Below, one piece after another: positions 1 to 565 of a stretch of DNA of 565 bases. The first letter of the stretch is position 1. The number at the start of each line of letters is the position of its first letter. The translations under genes were made by a program, and so were the position numbers. The notes beneath the pieces are model-generated. The model was not told the DNA's origin, did no database searches, and worked only from the letters and a program-made list of their open reading frames with translations. The DNA is from a phage. The stretch lies in the sequence record EF517097.1; one strand, given 5' to 3'.

Positions 1-441
1 GTTCCGGCTGCTGACCGTGTGTTCTACTGTGACCCAGATAGCTATTCTGCGATTCTGGCAGCACTGATGCCGAACGCAGCAAACTACGCTGCTCTGATTG
101 ACCCTGAGAAAGGTTCTATCCGCAACGTTATGGGTTTTGAGGTTGTAGAAGTTCCGCACCTCACCGCTGGTGGTGCTGGTACCGCTCGTGAGGGCACTAC
201 TGGTCAGAAGCACGTCTTCCCTGCCAATAAAGATGAGGGTAATGTTAAGGTTGCTAAGGACAACGTTATCGGCCTGTTCATGCACCGCTCTGCGGTAGGT
301 ACTGTTAAACTGCGTGACTTGGCTTTGGAGCGCGCTCGCCGTGCTAATTTCCAAGCGGACCAGATTATCGCTAAGTACGCAATGGGCCACGGTGGTCTTC
401 GCCCAGAAGCTACTGGTGCAGTGGTTTTCAAAGTGAAGTAA
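1..441 (+). CDS. 10A: Major capsid protein 10A, C-terminal ~147 aa (5'-partial; the gene starts upstream of the window); stop TAA at 439-441
   Basis: Frame 1 is open from nt 1; the ORF track's 19..441 is the same frame, started at an internal GTG. The translation (VPAADRVFYCDPDSYSAILAALMPNAANYAALIDPEKGSIRNVMGFEVVEVPHLTAGGAGTAREGTTGQKHVFPANKDEGNVKVAKDNVIGLF...AVVFKVK) matches my recollection of the T7 gp10A C-terminus except for about three residues. Codon usage (GGT, GCT, CGT, CTG, GTT) is that of a highly expressed E. coli-adapted gene. Confidence 0.93.
   Translation, partial: VPAADRVFYCDPDSYSAILAALMPNAANYAALIDPEKGSIRNVMGFEVVEVPHLTAGGAGTAREGTTGQKHVFPANKDEGNVKVAKDNVIGLFMHRSAVGTVKLRDLALERARRANFQADQIIAKYAMGHGGLRPEATGAVVFKVK
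423..429 (+). promoter_or_regulatory. -1 programmed ribosomal frameshift slippery site G GTT TTC (Val-Phe codons, third and fourth from the end of 10A)
   Basis: The heptamer GGTTTTC is 10 nt upstream of the 10A stop, in register G|GTT|TTC in the zero frame, and reads GGT TTT in the -1 frame. This is where I recall the T7 gene 10 frameshift being mapped, and the -1 frame downstream encodes the 10B tail. Confidence 0.75.
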
Positions 442-565
442 TGCTGGGGGTGGCCTCAACGGTCGCTGCTAGTCCCGAAGAGGCGAGTGTTACTTCAACA
501 GAAGAAACCTTAACGCCAGCACAGAAGGCCACACGCACCCGTGCTGCTAACAAAGCTCGAAAGGA
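423..565 (+). CDS. 10B: Minor capsid protein 10B C-terminal extension, read in the -1 frame after programmed frameshifting from the 10A frame (3'-partial; continues past the window end)
   Basis: The -1 frame (codons at positions divisible by 3) has its nearest upstream stop at TAA 372-374 and no stop from 375 to 565. From GGT 423-425 it reads G F Q S E V M L G V A S T V A A S P E E A S V T S T E E T L T P A Q K A T R T R A A N K A R K, matching my recollection of the T7 10B-specific tail (FQSGVMLGVASTVAASPEEASVTSTEETLTPAQEAARTRAANKARK...) with about three substitutions. Confidence 0.85.

Noticed and set aside
166-213. Glycine-rich segment TAGGAGTAREGTTGQKH resembling a nucleotide-binding P-loop
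   Set aside because: It does not fit the Walker A consensus GxxxxGK[ST]. It is part of the capsid protein sequence as I recall it for T7, most plausibly a flexible surface loop.
204-431. 75-aa ORF on the minus strand from the six-frame track
   Set aside because: It lies entirely antisense within the confidently identified capsid gene. Its translation is Arg/Ser/Ala-rich as expected from reading a GC-skewed coding strand backwards, and it has no recognisable ribosome-binding site or homology I can recall. It is almost certainly a spurious shadow ORF.
439-443. TAATG stop/start overlap suggesting an independently initiated downstream ORF by translational coupling
   Set aside because: The -1 frame is already open from nt 375, upstream of this ATG. 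There is no Shine-Dalgarno-like sequence in the preceding 5-12 nt (AAAGTGAAGTA). The downstream peptide matches the 10B tail, which in T7 is fused to 10A by frameshifting at 423-429 rather than made separately.
442-565. Possible transcription terminator or other regulatory element in the region after the 10A stop
   Set aside because: This stretch is coding in the -1 frame (10B tail). It has no GC-rich hairpin followed by a U-tract. The known terminator downstream of gene 10 would lie beyond the window end, after the 10B stop.
1-565. Novel or undescribed biological system (defence system, CRISPR, mobile element, toxin-antitoxin)
   Set aside because: The whole window is accounted for by a well-characterised phage structural gene and its frameshift extension. 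There are no repeats, inverted-repeat termini, additional ORFs or RNA-gene-like features.

Overview
This window is the 3' part of the major capsid gene (gene 10) of coliphage T7 or a very close relative (Teseptimavirus), on the + strand. Frame 1 (nt 1-441, 5'-partial) encodes the C-terminal ~147 aa of capsid protein 10A, ending at TAA 439-441. The -1 frame is open from nt 375 to the window end and encodes the start of the 10B C-terminal extension, reached in T7 by programmed -1 ribosomal frameshifting at the heptamer G GTT TTC (nt 423-429). Identification rests on my recollection of the T7 10A/10B protein sequences, which match almost residue for residue; no search was run. I see no novel system, RNA gene, CRISPR array or mobile element here. 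The most notable observation is that the few differences from my remembered T7 reference all appear to be transitions, mostly G->A on the + strand, which needs checking by alignment.
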